Origin: Mobula hypostoma
Lineage: Eukaryota
Reading direction: 5' to 3'
Assembly (NCBI RefSeq): GCF_963921235.1
Contig: NC_086109.1
Span: 31,994,001 to 32,058,000, forward strand
DNA length: 64,000 bases
Of the stretch, positions 1 through 12,639 are shown one piece after another. Made by a program: the position numbers and the translations under genes. Each line of letters starts with the position of its first letter. Position 1 is the first letter of the stretch. The notes under the pieces were generated by a model that did no database searches, was not told the DNA's origin, and was given only the letters and a program-made list of their open reading frames with translations.

Positions 1-130
1 AACAGGGACAATTACAGTAGCTAGTCAACCTAACAACAAGCATATAGTTGGGATGTGGAAGGAAAATGGAGCAGTCAGGAGAAACCCCAGTGTGCACAGG
101 AGGAATTGCACTCTTCATGTTCGTAGCACC
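1..130 (-). mobile_element. V-SINE fragment (tRNA-derived SINE central domain)
   Basis: Reverse complement resembles the GGGTTTCCTCC...CTCCGGTTTCCTCCCACA...TAAATTGTCCC domain seen in the + strand copies at 8188 and 9417. Confidence 0.6.
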
Positions 131-429
131 AGAGATCAGGAGCAAACACAGCTGTCCCTGCACCAAGCTTTATTTATTTTTGTCATGGCTCAGGTTTAGA
201 CAGACAGAGGTGAACTGCTCTCGGCACAAAACCTAAACACTGACCTACAAAACACGGTGCTCAACTGACCTTCTCCTCTCAGTAAAAATACAAGCAGGCA
301 ATTGGAGCTACACCTGTCATCTCATAACTTAGCTGAGATCCCAAAGCAAAACAAAAAATTGAGAAATGTGGCAAAGGAAATCAGTTCTAAACCAAACTCT
401 ATTGAAGATGTAGACAGTACCATAAGAGT

Positions 430-1070
430 TAGAACAATGCAATTTCACCCTCATTATCCACATGCTTTCAATAGAGATTTTACAGAAAAATTTGGGGAAA
501 TCTCTTTCTCCACTTCTACTAGTAATGGGTCAGAGCTTTTGCAGTGTCGGTGGGGATATTGCATTTTATTCCTTAAAGAGACTTTGAGGAATCTTTTTCT
601 CTCTGCAGTTACAGGTGATCTCCAGAGCCAAGGCAGCATAATTAGGGTCTCAGTGCACTGAGGCTAGCTCACAAAACTTTGCAGTGAATTGGAGGCTCTT
701 GCAGAGATACTGTTGGTGGCATCATTGCGCCGTTGTGAGATGGTCCTGGTATTGAATCAGGTTCAATTCTGGTAGGCCAAGAATGTGCATCTGGCCTGAG
801 GTCTTGATTATCAAGTATCTTTTACCCCAAACAACCAAAATCTTTGCCAGTTCCTTGAAGGTGATATTGAATGGCTGCCCTCACTGAATGGAATCTCCCA
901 AGGTTTCGAATCAGATGGCAGTGTTTTTCTGCAGGGACAGGTTGAAAGAGGGGTCTAGCATTGTGAATGTTAGGTGCAATTTCTATCCTCTAGAATGCCA
1001 CATTGAACAAGCCAACAATGCCTTAGAATGCAGATTTTTCATAGCAGTAAATCCAAGCTTTCTCTACCTA
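430..1070 (-). mobile_element. Highly decayed RTE-clade LINE 3' fragment
   Basis: Minus strand gives broken motifs resembling the RTE C-terminus (..CHQQYLCKSLQF.. ~ YHQRCLRKILQI; ..ERKRFLKVSL.. ~ QRKRFKDVLKASL). Confidence 0.45.
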
Positions 1071-3577
1071 TTGCAACTCTCTTACTGACTCTTGGGTAAG
1101 CTTGATTCAGTTCATATTGACACTCAGTCGATAGGTTTCCCATTGGTTCCATTACTAGCTCCACTCCTACAGGAGGTTGGTTAGTACTGCAGTAAAACAC
1201 TGTGACGAGAAGGACTGAGAGGAAGGCTTCATTCTCTCAAAGCTTTGCAGTCAACGAGCTATCAGGTTGATGGAAAGGAAGCCAAGACCAGACGTCCACA
1301 AGAAAGTTCACACATAATCAACAGACAGCTGATCATATGTTACAAGATCATGAAGTCATGAGAAAAGAAAGAGTATGTCACTTAGCACCTTATGTTTGCT
1401 CTGTCAATCAATATGGCTGATCTGCCCCAGGCCTATATCCACCCTTGTTCCACTTAGAAACTCTATTTATCTCACTATGAACTCCAAAATTAAAACTGGT
1501 TCCTCTTTCCTAAGAGTTTATTTGATTGGGGCTACTCCACCCCCCAACAAAGAAAATGCATATTGTATTTCTTTGAAATACATTTTTGTCTGCACGCAGA
1601 GAAAAAATCTACTAGTACATTTGTCACTATTATGATTTCTATCTGCAAATAGATTTACACTATGTTACAAGAAGCCACTAATGAGAGAAGATGCAATATC
1701 ACCTCTCCAAATAGCATCACAAAACATATATACCAATAGACAAAATCTGAAAGTGAAGTAAAAAATGCTTTCAGAACATAAAATACTATTAGACAAAAAA
1801 TATTAGAATGTGGCCTTAATACATACCATGAGATAAGGAGAATGTGAGAAAAAGTCTCAGATGATAAGAGGCCCAAGATGACTTTATTTTACGCAAAGAA
1901 AATTGTGAAGTGGGGAAATATGCTTACACCAGGGATCCACATTTATCAAGGTTGGATGCAAATTGATTTCACTGCCTATCAAAGCACAGCAAGCCAACAA
2001 AACAATTGCAAACAGACTCATATTGGCAGAAAAAAATGCACATCAAGTCACGTGTACAGAGGAAAAGATTAACTGACAGAAACACAGCTTAATTTAGCAT
2101 TTAACTAAAATTCTGACACTGATTGCAACAGAATCACTGTTGTGCATTCTACATAAATGCAGACACAGATACAGAAAGTATCAACTGCTTCTCTGAGTCT
2201 TTTTTCAAATATCAGCTAACTAATTGATATGCTTGCTTTTAACCTACTCCATAAGGACCTGCTATCTCTCTGTTCAGGGACTGTTCCTCATTCATAACCC
2301 TGGAAATCTTTATAAAGCAACCTAATGAAGAACTTGGGGATAACAGTTAGACAAACAGGTTACTTGGCTATTGTGGGCCAACAATAACAATGTGGATAAT
2401 GGTCAGAAATAGCAGATCTGGTGTCTATCCACCTACCCCCTTCTTTTCTCCTCCCTTATCTTCCCATTAAATGCAGACATACTCATGATATAGGATGGTA
2501 ACAATTGTCCTGGCTAAGTTCTGCTAATTCAGCACAGATGATAGATTGAACCCATAAACCAGGACTATATGACTTATTTCCATACTGGCTAGTCTAATTA
2601 CTCATAGAGCTATCTCAGAGCTCAGTGCAAATACTCATTACTGATGTGATTGTTACTCAATATACTTGGTCCATAATTCAAAGGGTGATTTCTGTGATCT
2701 TTCAAGATACAACTTACAGTATTAATAATCGCAGACGCACAAAACATTTTAATTCTGTTAAATCCATGGAACATAATGAAAAGAAGTCAAAATTCTGTGT
2801 GACTAACAAATTGCCGAATTAAATCAAGCACTTATTAATAACTTATTCACTCTCACATATCTTCCAGTGCTTCATTACAGAGTCAATTGGCAGAAGTCAG
2901 GAAATTGTTTAAATGTCGGGAATTGCTGTGAGCAGTGTTGGAATCAAGGAGAAAGGAAAGAAACAATAAATGAGAACAAAGAAAGTGCCCCAACTCATGT
3001 CAATAAAATACTCAATTATGATCTGTCCATGATCTCATATCTCCCAGCAGGATACTGGCAGGAGGCGTGAGACGAAGGATTGTGGCTACAATGTTGTAGA
3101 TTTACCTGCAGACCCGGCTCCCAGTGAGTGTGACCTCCTTCCGGGAGCACATGTCTGCACAAATGTCCCTTAAATCTTTCATCAGCGTGTGACAAGATTA
3201 TTGATGCAGAGCTCAGTGTCTGGAAGTCAGAGAGTATGATGGGAGGTGTTGCCGTGACTATTATATGCCAACAGTAGTCTGGTAGATAGAAAGCAAAAAT
3301 GAGGCTCTGGCTGTCACCCAACTGAACCCGAAGTTCCACGAGCATTTAACTATCTCCAATGATAACAGCTGGGGTCTGTTAACAACTTCACCTGTCTATC
3401 TAGTCTATGAAATGAAAATCAGCTTCGGTTTCCAGTCATGATCCTTGTCAAATGTTAATATAGTATATTTATCAGTCAGGTTTATTTGGGTTTAAGTAAA
3501 ATTTTCCAAATATAAAACTTTCTTGAACAGAAAAAAATAGCAAAATATAGTATTAAAAATAATTATATCCATATCTC

Positions 3578-4185
3578 CATAGAGTCATAGAACACTACAG
3601 TACAGAAACAGGCCCTTCAGCCTATCTAGTCTTTGGAAAACCATTAATCTGCCTAATCCCATCGACCTAGACACAGGCCAACAGCTGTTCATACCCCTCC
3701 CATCCATGTACCTATCAAAAACTTTTTTAATGCTGAAATTGACCCCGCATTCACAACCTGTTCCACACTTTCACTGCCCTCTAGGTGAAGAAGTTTCCCC
3801 TCATGTTCCCCTTAAACATTTCACCTTAAACATTTCACCTTTCACCCTTAACCCATGACCTCTATTTGCAGTCTTACCCAACCTCAATGGAAAAACTCTG
3901 CCTGCATTTACCCTATCTACACCTCTCATAAATTTGTATACCTCTATCAAATCATCTCTCAATCTTCTACATTGTAGGGAATAACATGCTAACCTATTCA
4001 GCCTTTCCTTATAATTCAGGTCCTCAAGTCCTGGAAAAATTCTTGCAAATTTTCACTGTACTCTTTCAACCTTATTTTCGTCTTTCCTGCAGGTAGGTGA
4101 CCAAAACTGCACATAATACTCCAAAGTAAGCTTCACCAACATCTTACATAATTTCAACATAACGTCCCAACTCCATTACTCAATA
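3578..4185 (-). mobile_element. CR1-type LINE 3' fragment
   Basis: CATAGAG/CATAGAA tail, ACAGAAACAGGCCCTTCAGCC 3'UTR, GGTGACCAAAACTGCAC (QFWSP) region as in other CR1 copies. Confidence 0.85.
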
Positions 4186-6209
4186 CATCTCTATCTCTCT
4201 ATCGCTATGTATCTACATATTTTTTTCTTGCAGATTCAAATGCACCAGTCGTAAACTGTTCCTTGCTGTCAGTCTATACCATGGTAATTCATCTGTTATA
4301 TTCAGTGAAAATTTTAAATATGAAATGCTGTCACAAAACAAGCACAGCAGAATCTAAAAGCAATGCAATTTATGCTTGCTAAAGCCATATGTTTATCAGC
4401 CTTGCATGGTCACCTAAGGTTGACCTAACTATTCATAGAATGTTCTTAGATCCAGATGTAGCTTGTCAGTGGGTTCTTTGTGTGAGTACTAGTCAGGAAA
4501 TTGTGTACAGCTGCACCATCTCAAGGTGCACGTATTTGTTGATGACAGAGAGCAAGTTACTGACCAAAAATTAGTCTCTGCTCAGAAGTGCAAGCAAATC
4601 TCTTTCCAGAATGGTTCACTGACTTTCATTCTCAGTAGGTGGCTGCTAGTGGTAAAGCCACATTCTACGCTTGGGAGGGCAATGAACCATCCACTGTACC
4701 TGCATTCAAGCATTTATGAAGATGATGCATCCAGTGTTAATAGTAGATATTTAACATCTCAGTGCATTGGAAGTATATCTCAGGTAATGGAAATGAATTG
4801 TGCAATCAATGTCGGTACAGATGTCTATTCCTTTTCCTGAAGGAAATCTAAGAACCAGCTGGGTTTTCACATTGATTTTTGTATTATTATTCATTCATAA
4901 GATGTGCATATTGATCGTGTGACCTATGGTTACTGTTCAGATGAGACAAAGATGACAAATCTCTTAGCCAAAAGGTATCCAAGACAAAAACAGAAGAGCT
5001 TTTATAACAGTCCGGAAATTGAAAAGTTACCTTTACCGATACAAGTTTTCACTTTGATCTAAATGAAAGCCATGGAACTCACAAAGGCTTTTGATTTGTG
5101 CTGTGAATCCCATGAAGGCAATAGACTCTGGGGACTGCTTGGAAGGACACCTTGTTCCTCTGTCTGTTCTAGATTAGTAAAGAGGATTGTGCACTGAGCC
5201 ACAACCAGCTGCTTTATGTACCGGTGCAGCATAGCATTGACTAAACCTTCCCACTACTTCTCAAAGGCAGGAAATGCTAATGAAAGCCCTTTGGATTCAA
5301 ATATATAAACAAATTCCCCATGGTGAAAGTTGAAAGTAGCTTGGGCTTTCCCATGTAACTTTATCTCAACATGCAGTTTCCTGCACAATGCACTTCTTAG
5401 GCCTGTGGTCCATTATCAAAATGCTGGTGCCCATGACTGTATAAAATAGTAACAAATCTAGGCCGTACCATATGATTGTCCTGTCTTCTGCTGCATGGAA
5501 GCTGTAATTTAATTCTGCGCAGTTCTCATCTTCAATGTTCATTTGCTTGTTCCATCTAAATGACCATGCGCACTTAAAATAGGAACATTTTCTGCAGCGA
5601 GCCAACGAGGACTGGAGTTGATGCCATGGCCTCAGCAGCAGAATCTGGAGCTTGGGGTCAATTATCATGTCAAGGTTGCAAGCTGGCCAGTTTAGACCAA
5701 GTAATTCATTGGAGAATAATTTTCCCCTGCAGGGAAGAAACTTGTGCTCAAAACAAAGGCAACTTTGGCAAGAACAGTTATTCAATTAAACAAATATATA
5801 CCTTGAGAAAATCTGAACTAAAATTGACTTATGATCATATTAAATCTCTGTGTGTACATCAAAAAATACAAAAGTGCATCAAATAAATAATCCTTTATTA
5901 CCCAAATTAAAACTATGTAATATGACAAGGTGCAAGCTGTATCATAACATGAATAAAAAACAACTAAATAAAACATGTTTAATACTGTAAAATATCTCAG
6001 GCCCTTCACAAGAGTTATCAAATAAAATTTGATACTGAGACAGCCAAACAAGGAATTATCAAGGCAAGGGAATCAATCTCTTAGTCACAGAGTTAGTTTC
6101 TTAAGAAATGTCTTAAAGATGGAAAACTGGGGAGAGGGCACAGAGGCTTAGAGAGGACAATTAAAAGATGAAATGATCCAGAGATCAGAATTGGAAGTTT
6201 ATACAGCTA

Positions 6210-7728
6210 GAAGGTGGAGCTTAGCAGGGTTAATGGCACCTAATGGCGACTCCTTTGCTTGCCTCTTCGGAAACAGCTCTTTTTCCATCTTTAACATCTC
6301 TATTTTTCCCTTTCAGGGTTCTTTTGAAGACGCTGACCTGGAGTTATTGCTGACTATGGTTCTTTGTGGGAATGGGACACGCTCTCGGGGTTTCATAACT
6401 TGCCATTGTTCGGCACACCAACTTCTCGGCCTAAGAGTTCCACTCGCCTTCAGAGGACCGAGTTTTCATGGCTCTGGAGACAGGGGGGATCAGAGGTCAG
6501 TGTTCAAGCAGAAGATTGGTGTGTCATGGGAAATGGAAGATCTAAGGCTGTGTGCCCAGAGACCCAAGATCTTAGGGCACAGAGCTCAGACGCAACAGAC
6601 TTTTAACATCGTAAACAACCAGTTGTTTGTTATGTCTCCCCTCTTGCTGTGAAATGGAGACATTCCTTTCTCCCTTATTAGAGAGAGAGAGAGAGACGGG
6701 GATATGTCGAATGCCTGTTGAACAATGTAGTCTTTGGAGTACTGCGAGTCTGTGTCTTTGCTGTTGCCTTCCTCACACTTGAGTGCTCGGTGGCGGGTGC
6801 CGATGATTCTTTTTGCCAGTGGGGGAGGGGAGGATTGTTGCTTGCTGCCGCTTACATGCAGAAGTGAGAGGAGCTGGGGGGGACTTTAAAGTTCTAACAT
6901 TTAACTGTCGTCCATTCTTTGGGGGCACTCCTCTGTTTTCAAGGATTGTTGCAAAGGAAAAGCATTTCAGGATGTATATTAGATTAGATTAGATTATTAG
7001 GTTATGAGGACACGCAGTCCTCTTTTATTGTCATTTGGTAATGCATGCATTAAGAAATGATACAATGTTCCTCCAGAATGATATTACAAAAACACAAGAC
7101 AAACCAAGACTAAAACACTGACAAAAACCACATAATTATAACATATAGTTACAACAGTGCAAAGCAATACCGTAATTTGATAAAGAACAGACCATGGGCA
7201 CGGTAAAAAAAAGTCTCAAAGTCTCTCGAAAGTCCCATCATATCACACAGACAGTAGAAGGAAGAAAAACTCTCCCTGCCATGAACTTCCAGCGCCGCAA
7301 ACTTGCCGATGCAGCACCCTGGAAGCACCCGACCACAGCCGACTCTGAGTCCATCCAAAAACTTCCAGCCTCCAACCAGCCCTCCGACACCGAGCACCGA
7401 GCACCATCTCTGCCGAGTGCTTCGATCCCGGCCCTGGCAACAGGCAATAAGCAAAGCCGAGGATTTGGGGCCTTTCCCTCTGTAGATTCTCGATTGCACA
7501 GTAGCAGCGGCAGCGAAGCGGGCATTTCAGAAGTTTCTCCAGATGTTCCTCCGTGCTTCTCACGTCTGTCTCCATCAAATCAGGATTGTGCACAGTACCT
7601 ACTTACAAATACCGATATCATTTCGGAGCGGCCGCACGCGCTGCATCGCACCGCCATCTTCTCCTCTCCTTTGAGTAATGTATTGTATACATTTCTCTGA
7701 CATTAAATTTACCTTTGAAACCTTTAAA
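6210..7728 (+). mobile_element. Non-autonomous ~800-bp retroposon, copy 1, split by an insertion at 6981-7672
   Basis: Colinear with 50820-51602 (TTTCAGGGTTCTTTTGAA, TTTCATGGCTCTGGAGACAGG, GGGCACAGAGCTCAG, AGCATTTCAGGATGTATA..GTATACATTTCTCTGACATT). Confidence 0.85.
6981..7672 (-). mobile_element. Non-autonomous retroposon with AAGATGGCG 5' end and (AATCT)n tail, nested in 6210-7728
   Basis: Minus strand starts GGAGAAGATGGCGGTGCGATGCAGC and ends AATAAAAG..(TAATC)n; the host sequence resumes after it. Confidence 0.75.
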
Positions 7729-8187
7729 TAGTTGATAGAATTGAAAGAGAGAAGAAGCCTTTGACTGGAAGGCAAGAAAGAAAACTTTTAAATCACCAAG
7801 GCATCGAACTGATATCTCTGTAGCAGTAAGGACCTAACGTGACACATTATTTGCAGTGTTGCTTGACCTTGAGCCACAAAGCTTTGAATGATCTAAAGGT
7901 TATGGGGAGAATGTTGAATGTTAGCCAGTTGTCCAGAATAGGGGCACAGTTGAAGGTGTCAGCTGCAGGGAAATCAAGGCATAGCTGGAATCAGGTGATG
8001 TCATGGTGGGAACAGGCAGCTCTAATGAGGAAGTGGATATGAGATCTGCAGCTTGGGGTCAAATATGGTGCCAATGCTGCAACAGAGTAATTAACCTCAG
8101 GCACCTGCCAAGCAATGAAATGACAGAGTCTGTGGCAATGGGTTCGGCTTCATTATTATTTAATGGTTTAGAAATTAATTTTAATTA

Positions 8188-8490
8188 GGTCATCATGGTA
8201 GTGTCACAGATACTGCGACCCAATTACAGCTCGGGGCCTTCTAGAGCTCAGAGTTCAATTCAGGTGCCATTCCTTAAGAAGTCTCTGTACGTCCTCCCTG
8301 TGGAATGTGTGGGTTTTCTCTGGGTCCCCTGGTTTCCTCCCACAGTCCAACAACGTACTGGGTAGGTTAACTGGTCATTGCAAATTGTCCCATGGTGAGG
8401 TTAGGGTGAATCAGTTTTGTCAGGAGTTGCTGGGCGACCTGGCCCAAAGGGCCAGAAGGGCCTATTCCGAGCAGTATTACTAAAATAAAT
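8188..8490 (+). mobile_element. V-SINE (HE1-like) with CR1-like 3' tail
   Basis: tRNA-like head (GAGTTCAATTC B-box-like), V-domain GGTTTCCTCCCACAGTCC, tail GGGCCAGAAGGGCCTATTCC..AAATAAAT. Confidence 0.8.
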
Positions 8491-9416
8491 TAATCAATTA
8501 ATTTAAAAACAAAGGATTTCTATTGAATCAACAAGCAATTTGACAAAATCATAACTCTAATACAGTAAGTTGTCAATATTACATAGTTACAGAATGCAAC
8601 TAGAAAAATGGCACATTTTAACAGATCAGTCTGCACTGTTTGATTTTACTGCATATAACATCATATATTTAAAATGCACAAGGTTAAAATTCAAAATTTC
8701 TGTTTCAAATGCAGAGTAAGATAATTCATTCAATGCAATATCCTGCCTGTTATGAATTAATGAGGTAAAGTTCAACTTCGGCTCTGGACGTGGAGCATGC
8801 AAAGTGGACTATAAGGCCAAGTAAAGCGACCCAAAGTGCATGCAAATTAAAATAGATACTGTTTGCTAGGCAAAGAGCATTAAATTGGCTTCATGCTGAA
8901 TCCTTTCCATCAAAAGGAAATGCCAAAGGGATAACTAGGAAAAACTAACACAATGCAAGCTGTGAAGTTAATAACCCTTGCTATACTGTCCATCTGTCAA
9001 AGGCAAAATGTCACTCGTCATTAGCAAAGTTTAAACATTACAAGCACATGGTGTCAATCACATTATCCATTTTAGCAATCATCATTTCTTGCACGTAACA
9101 CATTCCCATTGATATTCAAAATCCAAATCAATCTAATTTAAAAATACTGAATATAAAGATACTCTGAAAGCATAAGTCTGAGACCATTTACTTTTCAACT
9201 AGATGGTTCTAGATTTGATCCCCTGGTCTGTTTATCACTTGGATTTGCTCAGATTAGACTATACGTTCACCGACAGCAGCCACTCCTCCACACACCCACA
9301 CTTTGAGTCACCTTGTCATCCCTTCACAGAATCACTAATGGTGGCTCTCCATCTGATTTTGCTGCAGAATGCTCTGGTAAGAAACGTGAACAGGTGAGAG
9401 AAGGTTTTACTGTCTT

Positions 9417-9730
9417 GGGACGCCAAGGTGGCATAGCAGTTGGCAAAGTGCAATTACAGCTCGGGGCATCGGAGTTCGGAGGTCAAGTTTGGCATCCTAA
9501 GTGAGAAGTTTCTATGTTCTTCTTGTGTGCTCATGGGGTTCTTTCGTTTGCTCTGCTTCCCTGCGCCCCCTCCCCCACCCCCCGGGTCCAAAGACATATT
9601 GGTTAATAGATAAATTGGTCTTTGTAAATTGTCCTGTGATTAGGCTAGGGGGAATCAATGAGTTGTTGAGCAGCATGGCCCAGTGGGCTGGGAGGGCCTG
9701 TCCTGCACTGTATCTCTAAATAAAATAAAT
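9417..9730 (+). mobile_element. V-SINE (same family as 8188-8490)
   Basis: CAATTACAGCTCGGGGC, TTGTAAATTGTCC, GGGCCTG..TCTCTAAATAAAATAAAT shared with the 8188 copy. Confidence 0.8.
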
Positions 9731-11399
9731 GAGATTTGCTGACTTTTAAATATTTCTATGGATATTAGTTTTAGTAGCCCAGAAAAATCAGTTCAAATTT
9801 ACAGATGGAGAAGCAGACTCTAAGCAATTCACAGACTATGTTTATTCTGCACCAAAGTAAACAAACTACTGTTCTAGATCGGCCTTCATTAATTGCCTCA
9901 AAATGTCTTGCCCCAGCCAAAATATGGTTAGTCAGTTTCATGATGTATGGATTTTTATTGTCTCTTCATAGATTGGTTGCAGTCATTAGATGTCAATTAC
10001 CCCAGCTCCTCAGATCGTATCCCAATCCCAACCATCTTCAGCTGGTTTCCGTTGTTCTCTGAAGCATCAAAAAAAAATTTCTGAGTCATAATACTCTAGC
10101 AGTGAGACATCAAATTGTTGCTGGTCAAAACTGTAAAGTTATATATTTCTTCAAAATTCTGATTCTATTACAATGTTGAAGCTTCCTTTTTAATTTAGTG
10201 CCAATGTACAGGTTGTGGCCTGTGGTTCATTCTGAAAAGAAGATTGCTGCTGGTAAGAGCTTTGGTGTTTTTTCGTCCTTTCTGGGGCATGAAAATGCCA
10301 CTTGCAAGCAGAAAATCGCTGCTGAAGTATGCTGATCTTTAAATAACGATCCACAACTCACATCAATTCTCATCCCCAACAAGCAGACAATGCTGGCAGA
10401 ATATTAACAGGTCTTAGATCTGCCATAACTTTTCTTTAAATTAACAAAGACTTGGACTAAAACTCTAGTCATGGTTTCCTCAGTGGCTCAGTTAATAGTA
10501 GGAAGATCTGTCAAACAAAAGAGGAAGGCCCCAATTAAGGTAGAGTCTGAACTCTGCAGGGATTCCCATCTCAGCAAAGCCATCAATAACAACACTCCAT
10601 GCAGCTTTTGTATCCCTATGTTCTAGAGAGGCTTGAAACTGAGCAGGTATCCTGGATTTCATTGTTATCCATTGATCCTAGCTGAAAAAGTTATGCATGA
10701 ACAGTCAGTGGAATTTGATGCTGGTGTGTTCCTTCCCTTGCTGAAGAGCTATGCAGGCATGCATATATGTCACTTTAATAACTGTGAACTACCGTAAATA
10801 GCTTAGCAAAATCGATGAGTTCAGAAGCATGAGCAGAATGGAAAAAATTAAGTACAAAATTTTGGTCATTATTCAGTATGTTCCTTCTAATTAAATTTAC
10901 ATTTTTGCTTTCACAAATTATGTTTTGAATTTTTAATTTGATGATTTATTAAAATATATATGCACACTGCATAATATTAGAAGTTCAAATACTTTAGCTA
11001 AAAGGGATTTTTTAAATTCAGGATTGGCATACAATGCATTAACTGGATATATAAATGAAGTGACTTTATGCCACTTGCCCAGTGCCGTTTAATGCTGAGG
11101 GTTTAAGAAGCCAAGTAAAGAATATCATTGTATATGCCCATTGAAACAGGAGCCGCTAAGTGATTGATATTATAGATGTAGCTTACCCAGTTGGAAAATA
11201 AAAGAACTTAGCATCTCAACAGGTTAAGAAGACAACAGGTTCTTTGAAGCCAAACAACTTCATCAGTTTTTGTTTTTCCAAAATCTCCTGGATCTCCTAT
11301 GTGCAAATAACTCTAAAACTGTAATAATTCTGCATGATGAAAATCTAGGCTAAATTAGTTCATGCTTAAAGACTTGTGCTGCTAATATACAAACTATAA

Positions 11400-12055
11400 G
11401 AGCATAAGGCCATCAGACATGGGAGTAGAATCAGGCCATTCAGCCCATCGAGTCTGCTCCACCATTCCATCATAGCTGATTTATTATCCTTCTCAATTCC
11501 AATCTCATGCCTTCTCCCCATAACCTTTGACATCCATACTAATCAGAATCCAATCAAACTCCACTTTAAATATACACAATGTCTTGGCTTCCACAGTCGT
11601 CTGTGACAATAAATTCCACAGATTCACCACCTGTTGGCGAAAGAACTTCCTCTTCTTCTCTGTTCTAAATGGACTTCCCTCTATTCTGAGGCTGAACCCT
11701 TCGGTCCTAGACTTACCCACAATAGGAAACGTCCTCTCCACATCCATTCTATCTCGGCTTTTCAATATTCATAGGTTTCAATGAGATTCCCCCCCTCCCC
11801 ATTCTTCTAAACTCAAGCGAGTGCAGGCCCAACATCACCAAACGCCTTCATTAACCCTTTCATTCCCAGATTCATTCTCGTGAACTTCCTTTGGACTTTT
11901 TTCAATACCAACACAACCTTTCTTAGATAATGGGCACAAAACTACTCACAATTCCATTTGCCATTTTTCAGTCCATTTTCCTAGCTGGTCCAGATCACCT
12001 TGCAAGCTTTGGTTACTTTCCTCACAGTCTACTACACCTTCAGTCTCGGTGTCAT
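11400..12055 (-). mobile_element. CR1 LINE 3' fragment
   Basis: ORF 11505-11765(-) FRTEKKRKFFRQQVVNLWNLL matches the CR1 ORF2 C-terminus; CR1 3'UTR. Confidence 0.88.
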
Positions 12056-12369
12056 ATTGTCTTGATATCACCAGTTTCCAAATTCTTGTTTTGAAAAATT
12101 TTATGAAAAAGACTTGCAAGATTTTTTATTAAGATGAGGGAAGGGAATTTGAGCAATCACTTACAGGATTAAAAGTTTTCAGGAAGAATGAAGTAGAATG
12201 GTGTGAATGATCTGTGTAAGGGAGAGAAATGGCAAACCAAGGCTAACCTATAAAGATCAAAGATTAGACCTATTTGGCACATGTACATCAAAACAAAAAG
12301 CGAAGGATGAGGACTGTGCCGAGCAGTCCGCCAGTGTTTTCCGCTTCCAGCATCAACATTGGATGCCCA

Positions 12370-12510
12370 CAACTCACTAACCCTAAGTGTACATCTTTGG
12401 ATTGTGAGAGGAAAATGAGGGAGGAAACAAGATCACCTGGAGGAAACCCATGCAGTCACAGGGACCATGCACAATCTCCTTACAGACAGTGGCGGGAATC
12501 GAAACACAAT
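12370..12510 (-). mobile_element. V-SINE fragment
   Basis: GGAGGAAACCCATGCAGTCACAGGG..CTCCTTACAGACAGTGGCGGGAATCGAA is the reverse complement of the SINE head and V-domain. Confidence 0.7.
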
Positions 12511-12639
12511 CCTGCAGCTCAATTAGAACTGATCTAAGTGGAGTTATATATTAAAATAATCAGATGGGGCAGTGGCATTTTTGATGACTGACGCCAATTA
12601 CATTGTGAATGCTGTTAAAGGTGATGTAAGAATATTGAT

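Larger units (their letters stand above)
5960..8180 (-). mobile_element. Old L2-like LINE remnant, interrupted by nested insertions at 6210-7728
   Basis: Degenerate L2-like 3' sequence (..TTCACAAGAGTTATCAAATAAAATTTGATACTGAG..TCTTAAAG..) appears to resume after the insertions. Confidence 0.35.

Noticed and set aside
7149..7700. Overlapping 95-168 aa ORFs as genes
   Set aside because: They lie in a GC-rich non-autonomous repeat and show no domain similarity
8188..8270. tRNA gene
   Set aside because: Degenerate SINE head with no cloverleaf
9203..9393. Possible exon (CTAG acceptor, GTAAGA/GTGAGA donors)
   Set aside because: No recognisable peptide and only modest splice signals
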